A stretch of DNA of 64,000 nt. Source: Selenomonas ruminantium. GTDB lineage: Bacteria > Bacillota > Negativicutes > Selenomonadales > Selenomonadaceae. Numbering within the stretch: the first letter of the stretch is position 1; each line of letters starts with the position of its first letter. Below, one piece after another: positions 21,192 to 31,178 of the stretch. The stretch covers positions 3,767 to 67,766 of the forward strand of contig CACZHK010000011.1 of the NCBI GenBank assembly GCA_902780915.1, written 5' to 3'. The position numbers were made by a program, and so were the translations under genes. The notes beneath the pieces are model-generated. The model was not told where the DNA came from. It ran no database searches and was given only the letters and a program-made list of their open reading frames with translations.

Positions 21192-21902
21192 CTATTCCAT
21201 TATGCTTTTCTGTTCTCGTTTCAGTTTCTGCAAGCGGGTATTCAGCTCCATCTTGCGATTAAACTGACTCTCCTTCTTCATCTGAATGCGCAGGCTGTTC
21301 ATTTCCTGCTCGATAGCTTGGAGCCGTGCCACTTTCTCTCTGGCCTCGTCACCAGATATTTCCTCCACAGCCACAGACAAGGCTGACAAGTGACTTTTGC
21401 TGATAGCATCAAACCAGGCTTCATACAAAACACAGAAATTAGCAGCCATCATTTTGTTTAGTGCCATGTCCTGCCAGAATTTGTCATCTTCTGCCAACCA
21501 CGCCGTACTTTCCACCTCAGTCAGCGTCATGCGTTCACTGTCAGCCTGACTCTGGCGCAGCCTGCCCATATGGAGCTGCACCTTATCCCCCAGGCGGAAG
21601 AATAACAGCATGGGATAAGGAATTGCCCGCATGATTACCTCGGACAGCCGCTTTAGCTGCTTTTCCTCCCGCAGATTGACTTCCAGCACTTCTATCTCCG
21701 GATAATCCCTCTCTCCATCGCTGAAAGGCTGTATAAAAGTATTTTCCGTTTTCAAGGCAAAGAGCCAGCGGATTTTCTCCACATGCTCAAAAAGTTTCTT
21801 GTCTGCCGTTGATAAGTCACCATTATCATAAAACTGCTTCTTGGCAACCACCCTGTCAATCCACGCTGCAGAAGGCAAACCCATTATCTCGTAAATATTC
21901 AT
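21192..21902 (-). CDS. Hypothetical protein, probably DUF4391 family
   Basis: 236 aa with no catalytic motif recognised. ATG 21902 lies 8 nt after the SNF2 stop. The DUF4391 call is from my memory of how the gene between an SNF2 helicase and a type III mod is usually annotated, not from a search. Confidence 0.5.
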   Translation of the reverse strand: MNIYEIMGLPSAAWIDRVVAKKQFYDNGDLSTADKKLFEHVEKIRWLFALKTENTFIQPFSDGERDYPEIEVLEVNLREEKQLKRLSEVIMRAIPYPMLLFFRLGDKVQLHMGRLRQSQADSERMTLTEVESTAWLAEDDKFWQDMALNKMMAANFCVLYEAWFDAISKSHLSALSVAVEEISGDEAREKVARLQAIEQEMNSLRIQMKKESQFNRKMELNTRLQKLKREQKSIME

Positions 21903-21910
21903 AGGCCACC

Positions 21911-24900
21911 TCACTTCAATATCAGGAAAGCCACCAACTCAAAATCAGCCATGCCATCATCTACATTCTGCGGTACAGCTGTGCCGCCTTTGCTAAAGAG
22001 ACTGGCTACGCCCACTTCCTGCTTCTTGCCGATCAAATCTTCAATGGTCTTTTGCAACAAAGCAGAATATCTATCCATATATCTGCCGTGTTTGGTTTCC
22101 CGATTGAATACCTCTGCTAAATCCTTGGCCACAGTTTTCTGCCCCGAACAGAATTTCTTCAGATAATCCAACACCTGCTTGCCCTGCAGGAAATTGGCCT
22201 GCACTTCCCCCTCATCGGTAATATAGGCCAGATAGTAGGGAAACAGTGCGTTTTGTTCCTTGGTCTGTCTGGCACCTTTGATTTGCCGCAGGACAAAGAT
22301 TACACCAGGCTTTACCGCATCACGCAAATTATCCGAGATATGAGCAAGGGCATACAAACCGCTGGGAGCATTTGCTAGTTCTGCCTCATGCTCCTTCATA
22401 TATTCCATCAAATCAATCTTGAAGTCATTGAAGGTTAGATCTGTAATGGAAATACCGCCAGAAATATCTTCCAAATCCACCACTTCATTCTGAAGTTTCT
22501 GCAACTGTTTCTTGCGATACTCCAAATCGTTCATTTCCTTGGAGGTCTGTTCATCAATGATATTTTCTTCTCCAGTGGCAGAAACATCTAAAAGCACCAT
22601 GCGTCCTTTGACCCGCTCTGCAAGGTCAATGTAGGCATCGAGGTCGTCAGTGGGCCAAAAGTTCAATAGCTGGATAACCTCATTTTTCGAGCCAATGCGG
22701 TCAATTCGTCCAAACCGCTGAATAATGCGTACAGGATTCCAGTGTATATCGTAGTTAATCAGATAATCACAGTCCTGCAAATTTTGACCTTCGGAAATAC
22801 AATCAGTAGCAATCAAAATATCAATTTCTTCCTGCATATCCGGGAATATGCTTTGGCCAGATTTTGATATAGGCGAAAACAAGGTAAGCACCGTATTGAG
22901 GTCAGAAAGTTTTATGCTGCGTTTTAACGATGAAGGAATGGGTATGGTAGACTTGTTCGTGCCTGTACCGCCCGTTACCAAAGCCGTATAAATTCCCAAT
23001 GGTTCCATCTGCGGTGCGATATTTTCATACAGATATTCTGCAGTATCGGCAAAGGCTGTAAAAATAATCAGCTTGCCATTACCTGCATTGATGGGATTCT
23101 GTATTTTATCTGCTATTCTGCTTTTGAGGGTCTGCAGTTTATTATCCCGCCTTGGCGTAATAACCGTGGCACTTTGCAGTATTTGCCTGAGTTCTGCTAA
23201 ATCAATTTCCAAATCCTGCCGCCATTTGATCAAATCCATATCCTGCAATAACACTTTGACCTTGCTGCCGAAAACCAAATCGCCAATGTCCAGGCCTTCC
23301 TCATCAAAGTCCAGTTCCTCGATATTCAAATCCGCATGATACTCCCCTTCATGCTTTGCAATGATTTCCAGGGTATGCTCTATTCGCTGGGAAATCTTCT
23401 CCACCGTCAGCACAAAGGAATGAATTGAGCTTTCCATGCGTTTCAGAAGATTTACCCGCATCAAGTGAATAAGCTGATTCTCACGGTCAATCTGCCGGAA
23501 TACGCTGCGTCCATCCCCTACAGTCATATCGTAACGACTTTCATACGAATGACGTTTATTCGGACGTACATAGCGGAGAGGTGCATATAGGCCCAATGTC
23601 AGGCGGTTGATCATCTTATTGACTTCGCCAATGGGCGGAAACTCACCCAGGGTATCAATTTCCGGACACTCGTTAATCGGTTTCAACCGTGTGGGGAATC
23701 TACCGATTTCCGCCACATTGTAATACTTCTCAATATGCTTGCGAGAGCGGGCAATGGTCAGAGTATCCAGCAGTTTGAAATACTCCAGATCCATCATTTC
23801 CACGAAGGCCTTAGTTGTACGCTCCCTTTCAGGCAATTCTGACCAACGGTTGAAAACCATCTGCGCTTTCCGCAGAGTTGTTTCTATATTGGGAATCCCT
23901 GCGGGCTTCAGGGCATCATTCCTACCCTCCGTGATGAAGGCAATCTGATTTTTGATATCGTTCATGCGATTGTTGACTGGCGTTGCCGACAGCATCAGCA
24001 CCTTGGTCTTGACGCCTGCCTTGATGATATCTTCCATCAGCCGTTCATAACGGGTCTTGCGGTCTTTGTGGGGAATATTATTGCGGAAGTTATGACTTTC
24101 GTCTATCACGATGAGATCGTAATTCTCCCAATTCAGCGTAGACAGGTTGATGGCCCCGGAAAGGCCTTTGTAGCGGCTTAAATCCGTATGATTCAACACA
24201 TCATAGTTGAACCTGTCAGCTGCAAAGATATTCCGCTTGTCATTCTGAGTGTATATCGTCCAGTTCTCCCGCAGTTTCTTGGGTGCCAGCACCAGCACCC
24301 TGTCATTGCGCAGTTCGTAATACTTGATGATGGCCAGTGCCGTAAAGGTCTTGCCCAGGCCTACGCTATCCGCAATGATGCAGCCACCGTATTTTTCTAT
24401 CTTGTCAATGGCCCCCATCACTCCGTCACGCTGGAACTTGTAGAGCTTATTCCAGATCAGTGACTCCTTGATGCCAGTCTTGGTCTTGATGATGGTTTCT
24501 TCCGTCAGTTCTCCCAGATAGGCTTCAAAGATATGATAGAGAGTAATGAAGTAGATGGCCTCCGGCGTATTTTCCTTGTAGAGCACCTCCATTTCAGAAA
24601 GCACCTTTTCTGTCACATCTTCCACTACGGCGGGATTGTTCCATATTCCCTCAAAGAGCTGCAGGAACCCCTGGGTCATGGTTCTCCCGTACATGCAGGT
24701 ATTGGCATCATTCCGCGCCGAGGGTGTAATCCCCAGACCATCACTGGAAAAGTCCACCGTCCCCTGAATGGCAATGTCCTTTTCCGGGTCAACACTCTCC
24801 ACATAGGCCAGCCGCATCTGTGCAGGATTGTTTTCCCGATAAGACTTGATGCTGACTTTCTTCCTCAGCCACTGCGCACAATCCTTAGCAATAGCAGATT

Positions 24901-25198
24901 GCGTCAACTTATTTCGCAGCTTCAACTCAAATTCGTTGCCGAACAGCCTGTTGCCCAACTCACGATGGGCAATATAGAATTCCCGCTGGAAATCCCTTTC
25001 CTGCTTGAGATACGACGGCGTAGTAAAGATAAAACGCAGCTCGTCTATCTGAGACAGCTCTTTTTTCAGTTCTTCATAGGCGTAGATGGTGAAGTATGCT
25101 GAAATTACAGACATTTTAGCTCCTGGCTCTATTCCCTGGCGAAGCTCATCAATCACCCGCCCCTGCTGTTTGTTGTCCAGTATCTTAGGTGGTCGCAT
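21911..25198 (-). CDS. SNF2/RAD54-family helicase with a long uncharacterised N-terminal domain
   Basis: Motifs ADSVGLGKT, VIDESHNFRN and HWNPVRIIQRFGRIDRIGS. The start is trimmed to ATG 25198 (MRPPKILDNKQQ) after GGGGGAGAG. Confidence 0.85.
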   Translation of the reverse strand: MRPPKILDNKQQGRVIDELRQGIEPGAKMSVISAYFTIYAYEELKKELSQIDELRFIFTTPSYLKQERDFQREFYIAHRELGNRLFGNEFELKLRNKLTQSAIAKDCAQWLRKKVSIKSYRENNPAQMRLAYVESVDPEKDIAIQGTVDFSSDGLGITPSARNDANTCMYGRTMTQGFLQLFEGIWNNPAVVEDVTEKVLSEMEVLYKENTPEAIYFITLYHIFEAYLGELTEETIIKTKTGIKESLIWNKLYKFQRDGVMGAIDKIEKYGGCIIADSVGLGKTFTALAIIKYYELRNDRVLVLAPKKLRENWTIYTQNDKRNIFAADRFNYDVLNHTDLSRYKGLSGAINLSTLNWENYDLIVIDESHNFRNNIPHKDRKTRYERLMEDIIKAGVKTKVLMLSATPVNNRMNDIKNQIAFITEGRNDALKPAGIPNIETTLRKAQMVFNRWSELPERERTTKAFVEMMDLEYFKLLDTLTIARSRKHIEKYYNVAEIGRFPTRLKPINECPEIDTLGEFPPIGEVNKMINRLTLGLYAPLRYVRPNKRHSYESRYDMTVGDGRSVFRQIDRENQLIHLMRVNLLKRMESSIHSFVLTVEKISQRIEHTLEIIAKHEGEYHADLNIEELDFDEEGLDIGDLVFGSKVKVLLQDMDLIKWRQDLEIDLAELRQILQSATVITPRRDNKLQTLKSRIADKIQNPINAGNGKLIIFTAFADTAEYLYENIAPQMEPLGIYTALVTGGTGTNKSTIPIPSSLKRSIKLSDLNTVLTLFSPISKSGQSIFPDMQEEIDILIATDCISEGQNLQDCDYLINYDIHWNPVRIIQRFGRIDRIGSKNEVIQLLNFWPTDDLDAYIDLAERVKGRMVLLDVSATGEENIIDEQTSKEMNDLEYRKKQLQKLQNEVVDLEDISGGISITDLTFNDFKIDLMEYMKEHEAELANAPSGLYALAHISDNLRDAVKPGVIFVLRQIKGARQTKEQNALFPYYLAYITDEGEVQANFLQGKQVLDYLKKFCSGQKTVAKDLAEVFNRETKHGRYMDRYSALLQKTIEDLIGKKQEVGVASLFSKGGTAVPQNVDDGMADFELVAFLILK

Positions 25199-25256
25199 AA
25201 ACTCTCCCCCTGCGTAAATTTTATGAGTAGCAGAGATACCTATTTCGCATAGTTTA

Positions 25257-25285
25257 ATTATATATTCGTTTTTCGAATATATCAA
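25257..25285 (-). promoter_or_regulatory. Near-consensus promoter of the SNF2 operon, overlapped by a perfect palindrome
   Basis: Minus strand reads TTGATA (25285-25280), 17 nt, then TATAAT (25262-25257). The inverted repeat ATATATTCG-N5-CGAATATAT (25260-25282) fills the spacer and touches both boxes. Confidence 0.6.
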
Positions 25286-25353
25286 ATGACTTTTTATTCA
25301 CTAAATAGATAAAAAAGCCATTAGTCACCTATCATTAACACAGGGTGATGAAA

Positions 25354-25704
25354 ATGTCTTTCGGCGATAGACTGAAAAGCTATAGAAAATATCACAATTA
25401 CAGTCAGTGCCAGATGGCTCAAAAACTTGGTATCAGCCAGTCTGTGTATAGCAGATACGAGTCCGGGGGGCTTGAGCCTTCCATAACTACTCTAAAGAAG
25501 ATATCCATTTGTCTCAATGTTTCTATTGATTACTTGTTAGAAAATTATGAGGATTATAGTTCTCAGGACATAGTTGACTTTGAATATTACATTCTCCACG
25601 GCAACTACTCCCTATACTCAAAAACACCTACCCCCGATGACCGGCAGATGATCAGCACCATCATCAAGGCCATCTTTGACCACAGCAAATTCCGTGCGAA
25701 ATAG
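25354..25704 (+). CDS. XRE-family helix-turn-helix transcriptional regulator
   Basis: HTH segment LKSYRKYHNYSQCQMAQKLGISQSVYSRYESG. It is divergent from the SNF2 operon. The ATG at 25354 has the best spacing to AGGGTG; the track ORF starts at 25345. Confidence 0.8.
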   Translation: MSFGDRLKSYRKYHNYSQCQMAQKLGISQSVYSRYESGGLEPSITTLKKISICLNVSIDYLLENYEDYSSQDIVDFEYYILHGNYSLYSKTPTPDDRQMISTIIKAIFDHSKFRAK

Positions 25705-25807
25705 GACTTCGCCTCCCTAAAGGGACTAGCTTCGCGTCGCTACGCCCTTACACGAAATCTAATCTACCACGGCGCCTTGCGGCCTGTGCTCGCTAAGATT
25801 TCACAGC

Positions 25808-25862
25808 AAAAAAGCCAGCAACAACCAGTGAGGTCTCCCCTCACGGTTGTTGCTGGCTCTTT
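25808..25862. terminator. Strong bidirectional hairpin terminator, repeat copy B
   Basis: 25815-25856 is identical to 14705-14746 except for one base (A for G at repeat position 13). It lies between the convergent XRE and Rpn genes. Confidence 0.7.
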
Positions 25863-25944
25863 GCTGTTCTGACAAAAACTCTCACAATATCTGCAGGACA
25901 AAAGCACTACTAGCCAGCAGTGCAACGCTAATCATTTCCTTTTA

Positions 25945-26886
25945 TTACCACCTGCTATTCACCAATGCTGTTGCCTTGTCATTTGTGAGAGCATAGTTCT
26001 CTACAATCTGCTCTATAACTGCATCTTTGCTTAGCTTCAGCTTTTTGAGCATTGAAACTGCCTTAAGTATAGCATCATTGCGGGCTTCTTCCTTCATATC
26101 TTCAATGGCCTTGCACACATTGACCGCCTCCTCTCCCACAGGGATGTTGAAATCTACATTTGAACAAATGCTGATAGTCTGAGCCGCTAGACGAGACAAG
26201 CTAGTATAACAGGGATTTTCTTCCAGGAGCTTGGTCAAGCCATCCTTGTCGCCAGAGTGCTTGATGAATTTCAGCACATCCCTCAAATCAGATTTGAAAA
26301 TGCCCAGTTCCTCGTCGCTCATCAAGGAAGGAGACACGAGGTTTACCTTGTAATCCGCCACATATTGCAACAACCGAGGGTTTATTCCCTCAGAGTACAT
26401 TTCCCGCAATGACAATGGCGCATCCCAAGGCTCCGCCCCCCAATGAATAACAATTGTTATCACAGGCAGCACTCTATCCTCACGATGGAAACCGCTCAAA
26501 AATTCTGCCGTGTCTTTGCCGTAATCGCCTGCCTGACGGTAGGAGCGGGACGCCGCTTCCACCTGGCCTATCAGGGACAGGACATCATAAAGCATATTTC
26601 TTATGGGCATAGCGGTATGGACTTTGCTCTGATTTTCCACACCAAGTAGGCAATAAGCCGCCTTACCGTCAGTTTTCAAGAGCATTTTCAAAAGATCTCT
26701 GTCCTTTTGTACGGGATTTGCCGTTCCATCTTTGCCATATGGCAGAGCAATGCTGGCTGTGTCCATTTCCCGCAAATTTTCGGGTTTGATGACTTCCTCG
26801 CCTCCGAAACAATAACCGTTAAAAAGGTCAGCAAACTGTCTTGGCTGCTTCATGTATTCTTTAGTGACGGAATCTTTATCACTCAA
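25945..26886 (-). CDS. Rpn-family recombination-promoting nuclease / putative transposase (PD-(D/E)XK)
   Basis: N-terminal FADLFN motif, a D...LLGVENQS core resembling the (D)...ExQ signature of YhgA/Rpn proteins, and a helical C-terminal tail. Confidence 0.6.
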   Translation of the reverse strand: MSDKDSVTKEYMKQPRQFADLFNGYCFGGEEVIKPENLREMDTASIALPYGKDGTANPVQKDRDLLKMLLKTDGKAAYCLLGVENQSKVHTAMPIRNMLYDVLSLIGQVEAASRSYRQAGDYGKDTAEFLSGFHREDRVLPVITIVIHWGAEPWDAPLSLREMYSEGINPRLLQYVADYKVNLVSPSLMSDEELGIFKSDLRDVLKFIKHSGDKDGLTKLLEENPCYTSLSRLAAQTISICSNVDFNIPVGEEAVNVCKAIEDMKEEARNDAILKAVSMLKKLKLSKDAVIEQIVENYALTNDKATALVNSRW

Positions 26887-27117
26887 AGGTTGGCACCCCG
26901 TTTCATATTTATTCTTAGTTATATTGTACTACGATTTGGGGGCGAATCAAGCCCTATTGAACCACTACATCAGAGCCATCTCTTACCATAGCAAACTCTG
27001 TAAGAAGTAGTATTTCTCTCTATGCCATTTACACAGCATCAAAACTTCCTCTAGCCAAATCCGCCCATTTGAAGTATAATTCTATCTTGATTTCAATATA
27101 AGGAGCATAACATCAAC

Positions 27118-28233
27118 ATGCCTATCTTACAAAAACTGCGGAGCAATCCTGACCTTGCGGTGGCTCTGTTCTTTGCCCTTCTCACCAGCCTTGCCACTCC
27201 CCCGGAGGCGACGGAGCTTTTGGAGCGCATCAACCTTCCTTTGCTGGGGCTGCTGCTGTTCCTGATGTGCATCGTGGCAGGGCTGCGGCTCAGTGGCTTC
27301 TTTGCCGCCATCTTCCACAGGCTTTTCCGGGAGCGCGCTTCCGGCAGGAGCCTGGGGCGCTTCTTTATCTTCAGCTGCTACTTCAGCTCCATGCTCATAA
27401 CCAACGATGTGGCCCTCATCATCTTCGTGCCCCTGGCCATCCTAACTTTTACCGAAGCCAGGCGCATCCGACTCATCGTCCCCACGGTTTCCTGGCAGAC
27501 CATTGCCGCCAACTTGGGCAGCATGCTGACTCCCATAGGCAATCCCCAGAATCTCTTCATCTACTCCCACTACGGCCTCACTCCCACGGAATTCTTTTCC
27601 ATCACCACCCCTGTAGTGCTCCTCAGCGGCGCAGCTATCTACCTGGGCACCTGCCTGCTGCCTGACGGTGAAGTAAATCTTCCTGACAGCAAAAGGGATG
27701 CCCTGCCGTGGAAAAGCATCATTCCCCTGCTGCTGCTCTTTGCCCTGTGCCTGCTGCATGTGCTGCACCTTGTGTCCTTCCCTCTACTGGCAGCCATAGT
27801 CCTGCCCGGGCTGGCCCTGCTTGACCGCAGGCTCTTCCTTGAGGCCGATTACAAGCTCCTGCTGCTCTTTGCCCTGCTCTTCATCGGCGTAGGCAATCTC
27901 AGCCAGATTCCCCTGTTTCAAAGCTGGCCTGCCCAGGCTCTGGCAGGAAATGAATTCTGGCTCTCCCTGCTCCTGAGCCAGCTGCTCAGCAATGTGCCTG
28001 CCACGGTGCTGCTCTCCGGCTTCACGGATGCCTACACGCCCCTGCTCCTGGGGGTGAACATCGGCGGCCTGGGCACCATCATAGCCTCCATGGCCAGCGT
28101 GATTTCCTTCAAAGCCTATATGCAGACGCGCTTCAGCAAGCCCGGCTACTATCTCCGCTCTTTCACCGGCAGCAACTTGGCTATCCTGCTCCTGTTGCTC
28201 CTGTTCTATCATTTCCACCAACCCCTGCATTGA
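27118..28233 (+). CDS. Polytopic membrane permease, ArsB/NhaD (citrate-transporter-like) superfamily
   Basis: About 10 predicted hydrophobic helices and an NDVALIIFVPL-type motif. The family call is by resemblance only. Confidence 0.5.
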   Translation: MPILQKLRSNPDLAVALFFALLTSLATPPEATELLERINLPLLGLLLFLMCIVAGLRLSGFFAAIFHRLFRERASGRSLGRFFIFSCYFSSMLITNDVALIIFVPLAILTFTEARRIRLIVPTVSWQTIAANLGSMLTPIGNPQNLFIYSHYGLTPTEFFSITTPVVLLSGAAIYLGTCLLPDGEVNLPDSKRDALPWKSIIPLLLLFALCLLHVLHLVSFPLLAAIVLPGLALLDRRLFLEADYKLLLLFALLFIGVGNLSQIPLFQSWPAQALAGNEFWLSLLLSQLLSNVPATVLLSGFTDAYTPLLLGVNIGGLGTIIASMASVISFKAYMQTRFSKPGYYLRSFTGSNLAILLLLLLFYHFHQPLH

Positions 28234-28280
28234 AAAAGCAGCAAGACCACCTGCACTCAGACGGTCTTGCTGCTTTTTTT
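28233..28280. terminator. Bidirectional intrinsic terminator
   Basis: GCAGCAAGACC-loop-GGTCTTGCTGC with A5 upstream and T7 downstream, between convergent genes. Confidence 0.7.
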
Positions 28281-28299
28281 CTTGTTTTCCCTAGCGGTT

Positions 28300-28914
28300 T
28301 CAAAGCTGTGACCTAAGCCTCCAGGAAGCCCCCAGTGACTGCACCAGATGATTGAGGTCCTCAGCGGATTTCACTGGCAGGACACAGCTGCTGCCGCAGT
28401 CCTGGCACTGGAGCACGATGCTCTCTCCCGTAAGCCCGGCACTCACTTCCTGTGAGCCGCAGGGGCAGGAAAGATCTCCGTGGGCTGCCAGTTCGTGAAC
28501 CCTGGTGAGCCCCTCCAGGAGAATCTGCTGCCGCTCCAGGAAGCGGTCTCCATCCCCCGGATGCATGGAATCATACTCGGCGTCATTGAAATCAAGGAAC
28601 TCGGCTATATCCTGCCAGCGGCCTATATAACCAAGCTCAAAGTGATCATGATGGCAATAGAGCTTCTCAAAGCGCAGTCTCTTCAGCTGGTGCCAGCTGT
28701 ACTGCTGATGGCTGATGCCACCGCAGACGCCGCAGTGTATGGTGAGCCCCAGACCGGCCTTAGGGCGCAGGATAGTCTCCCCCATCCGCTCCCCACAAGC
28801 TCCGCAGCGAAGTTCCTGACGCTGCCGCCCGGAGAACAAAGGCACATCCAAAAGCTGCACTTTGCCACAGCGCTGACAGTACAGTGCCACCGAGCAAAGC
28901 GTATCAATAAGCAT
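28300..28914 (-). CDS. Hypothetical cysteine-rich protein (multiple CxxC zinc-ribbon-like pairs)
   Basis: CQRCG, CGACG, CGVCG, CPCG and CQDCG pairs. The start is trimmed to ATG 28914 (MLIDTL) after GGAGGAGG. Confidence 0.55.
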   Translation of the reverse strand: MLIDTLCSVALYCQRCGKVQLLDVPLFSGRQRQELRCGACGERMGETILRPKAGLGLTIHCGVCGGISHQQYSWHQLKRLRFEKLYCHHDHFELGYIGRWQDIAEFLDFNDAEYDSMHPGDGDRFLERQQILLEGLTRVHELAAHGDLSCPCGSQEVSAGLTGESIVLQCQDCGSSCVLPVKSAEDLNHLVQSLGASWRLRSQL

Positions 28915-29089
28915 CCCTGTTCCTCCTCCCCTCAGAAACGGGCAACAGGATATGAATCTCCGTGGTCTTCCCTGAGCGGAGTCTTGCCTGTAAACCAAGC
29001 ATCGGCACATCTTCAATCCGATGCTTTCTTTGCTAGATATTTCGCCAAGGAAATAAAAAAATCCTTCTCACTTCTGACGGCTTCTGAAT

Positions 29090-29128
29090 TAAATTTAAAA
29101 AGGCGCAAGCCTTTTTGAGACTTGCGCC
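29090..29128 (-). terminator. Intrinsic terminator after pyrG
   Basis: Minus strand reads GGCGCAAG-loop-CTTGCGCC followed by TTTTTAAATTT. Confidence 0.6.
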
Positions 29129-29141
29129 TTGAGCGTAATTT

Positions 29142-30773
<1,632 letters not shown>

Positions 30774-30801
30774 TCAAGCGCACTATGAAAGGGACCTTCC
30801 C

Positions 30802-31137
30802 TTACTCCTGGATGCTCTCCAGCTTCTTCTTGCGGGCGCTGCTGGCCTTGGCTGCGGCCTTGGAGCTGCTGCCGGCAGCGGAGGAGCTGCGCACATGGCG
30901 CTTCACCTCGGGGGGATTCCACTCGGTGAGGCCCCACTGGCCGTCACCTTCGTACTGGAAGCGGCTGTCCATGTTGATGAGGGTGTAGACCTCGGAAATA
31001 GCGGCAGACAGGGACTGCACAGGCTTGCGCTTCTTGTCGATGACATCCAGCACCAAATCCTTGTAATACATAGTCTGGCCGGCCTGGTTGAGAACGTGGT
31101 ATGCTACATCCACTTCGGAACTGTTGACAAAATCCAT
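30802..31137 (-). CDS. rpoE: RNA polymerase delta-subunit-like HARE-HTH protein lacking the acidic tail
   Basis: The HARE-HTH core (VAYHVLNQ...YTLINMDSRFQYEGDGQWGLTEW) and the position directly upstream of pyrG match B. subtilis rpoE. The C-terminus is Ser/Ala/Lys-rich. Confidence 0.65.
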   Translation of the reverse strand: MDFVNSSEVDVAYHVLNQAGQTMYYKDLVLDVIDKKRKPVQSLSAAISEVYTLINMDSRFQYEGDGQWGLTEWNPPEVKRHVRSSSAAGSSSKAAAKASSARKKKLESIQE

Positions 31138-31178
31138 CTAAAAATCCTCCTAAATACTTGCGGTATATTTGCGCTATA

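Noticed and set aside
25705-25810. An odd GC-richer stretch of about 100 bp after the XRE stop, with a short GAAATCT/AGATTTC inverted repeat.
   Set aside because: There is no ORF, no convincing structure and no similarity to anything else in the window. The evidence is insufficient to call a feature.
27127-28230. Several 60-150-aa ORFs on both strands inside the permease gene.
   Set aside because: These are overlapping or antisense frames of a coherent 371-aa polytopic membrane protein ORF that has an RBS and a terminator.
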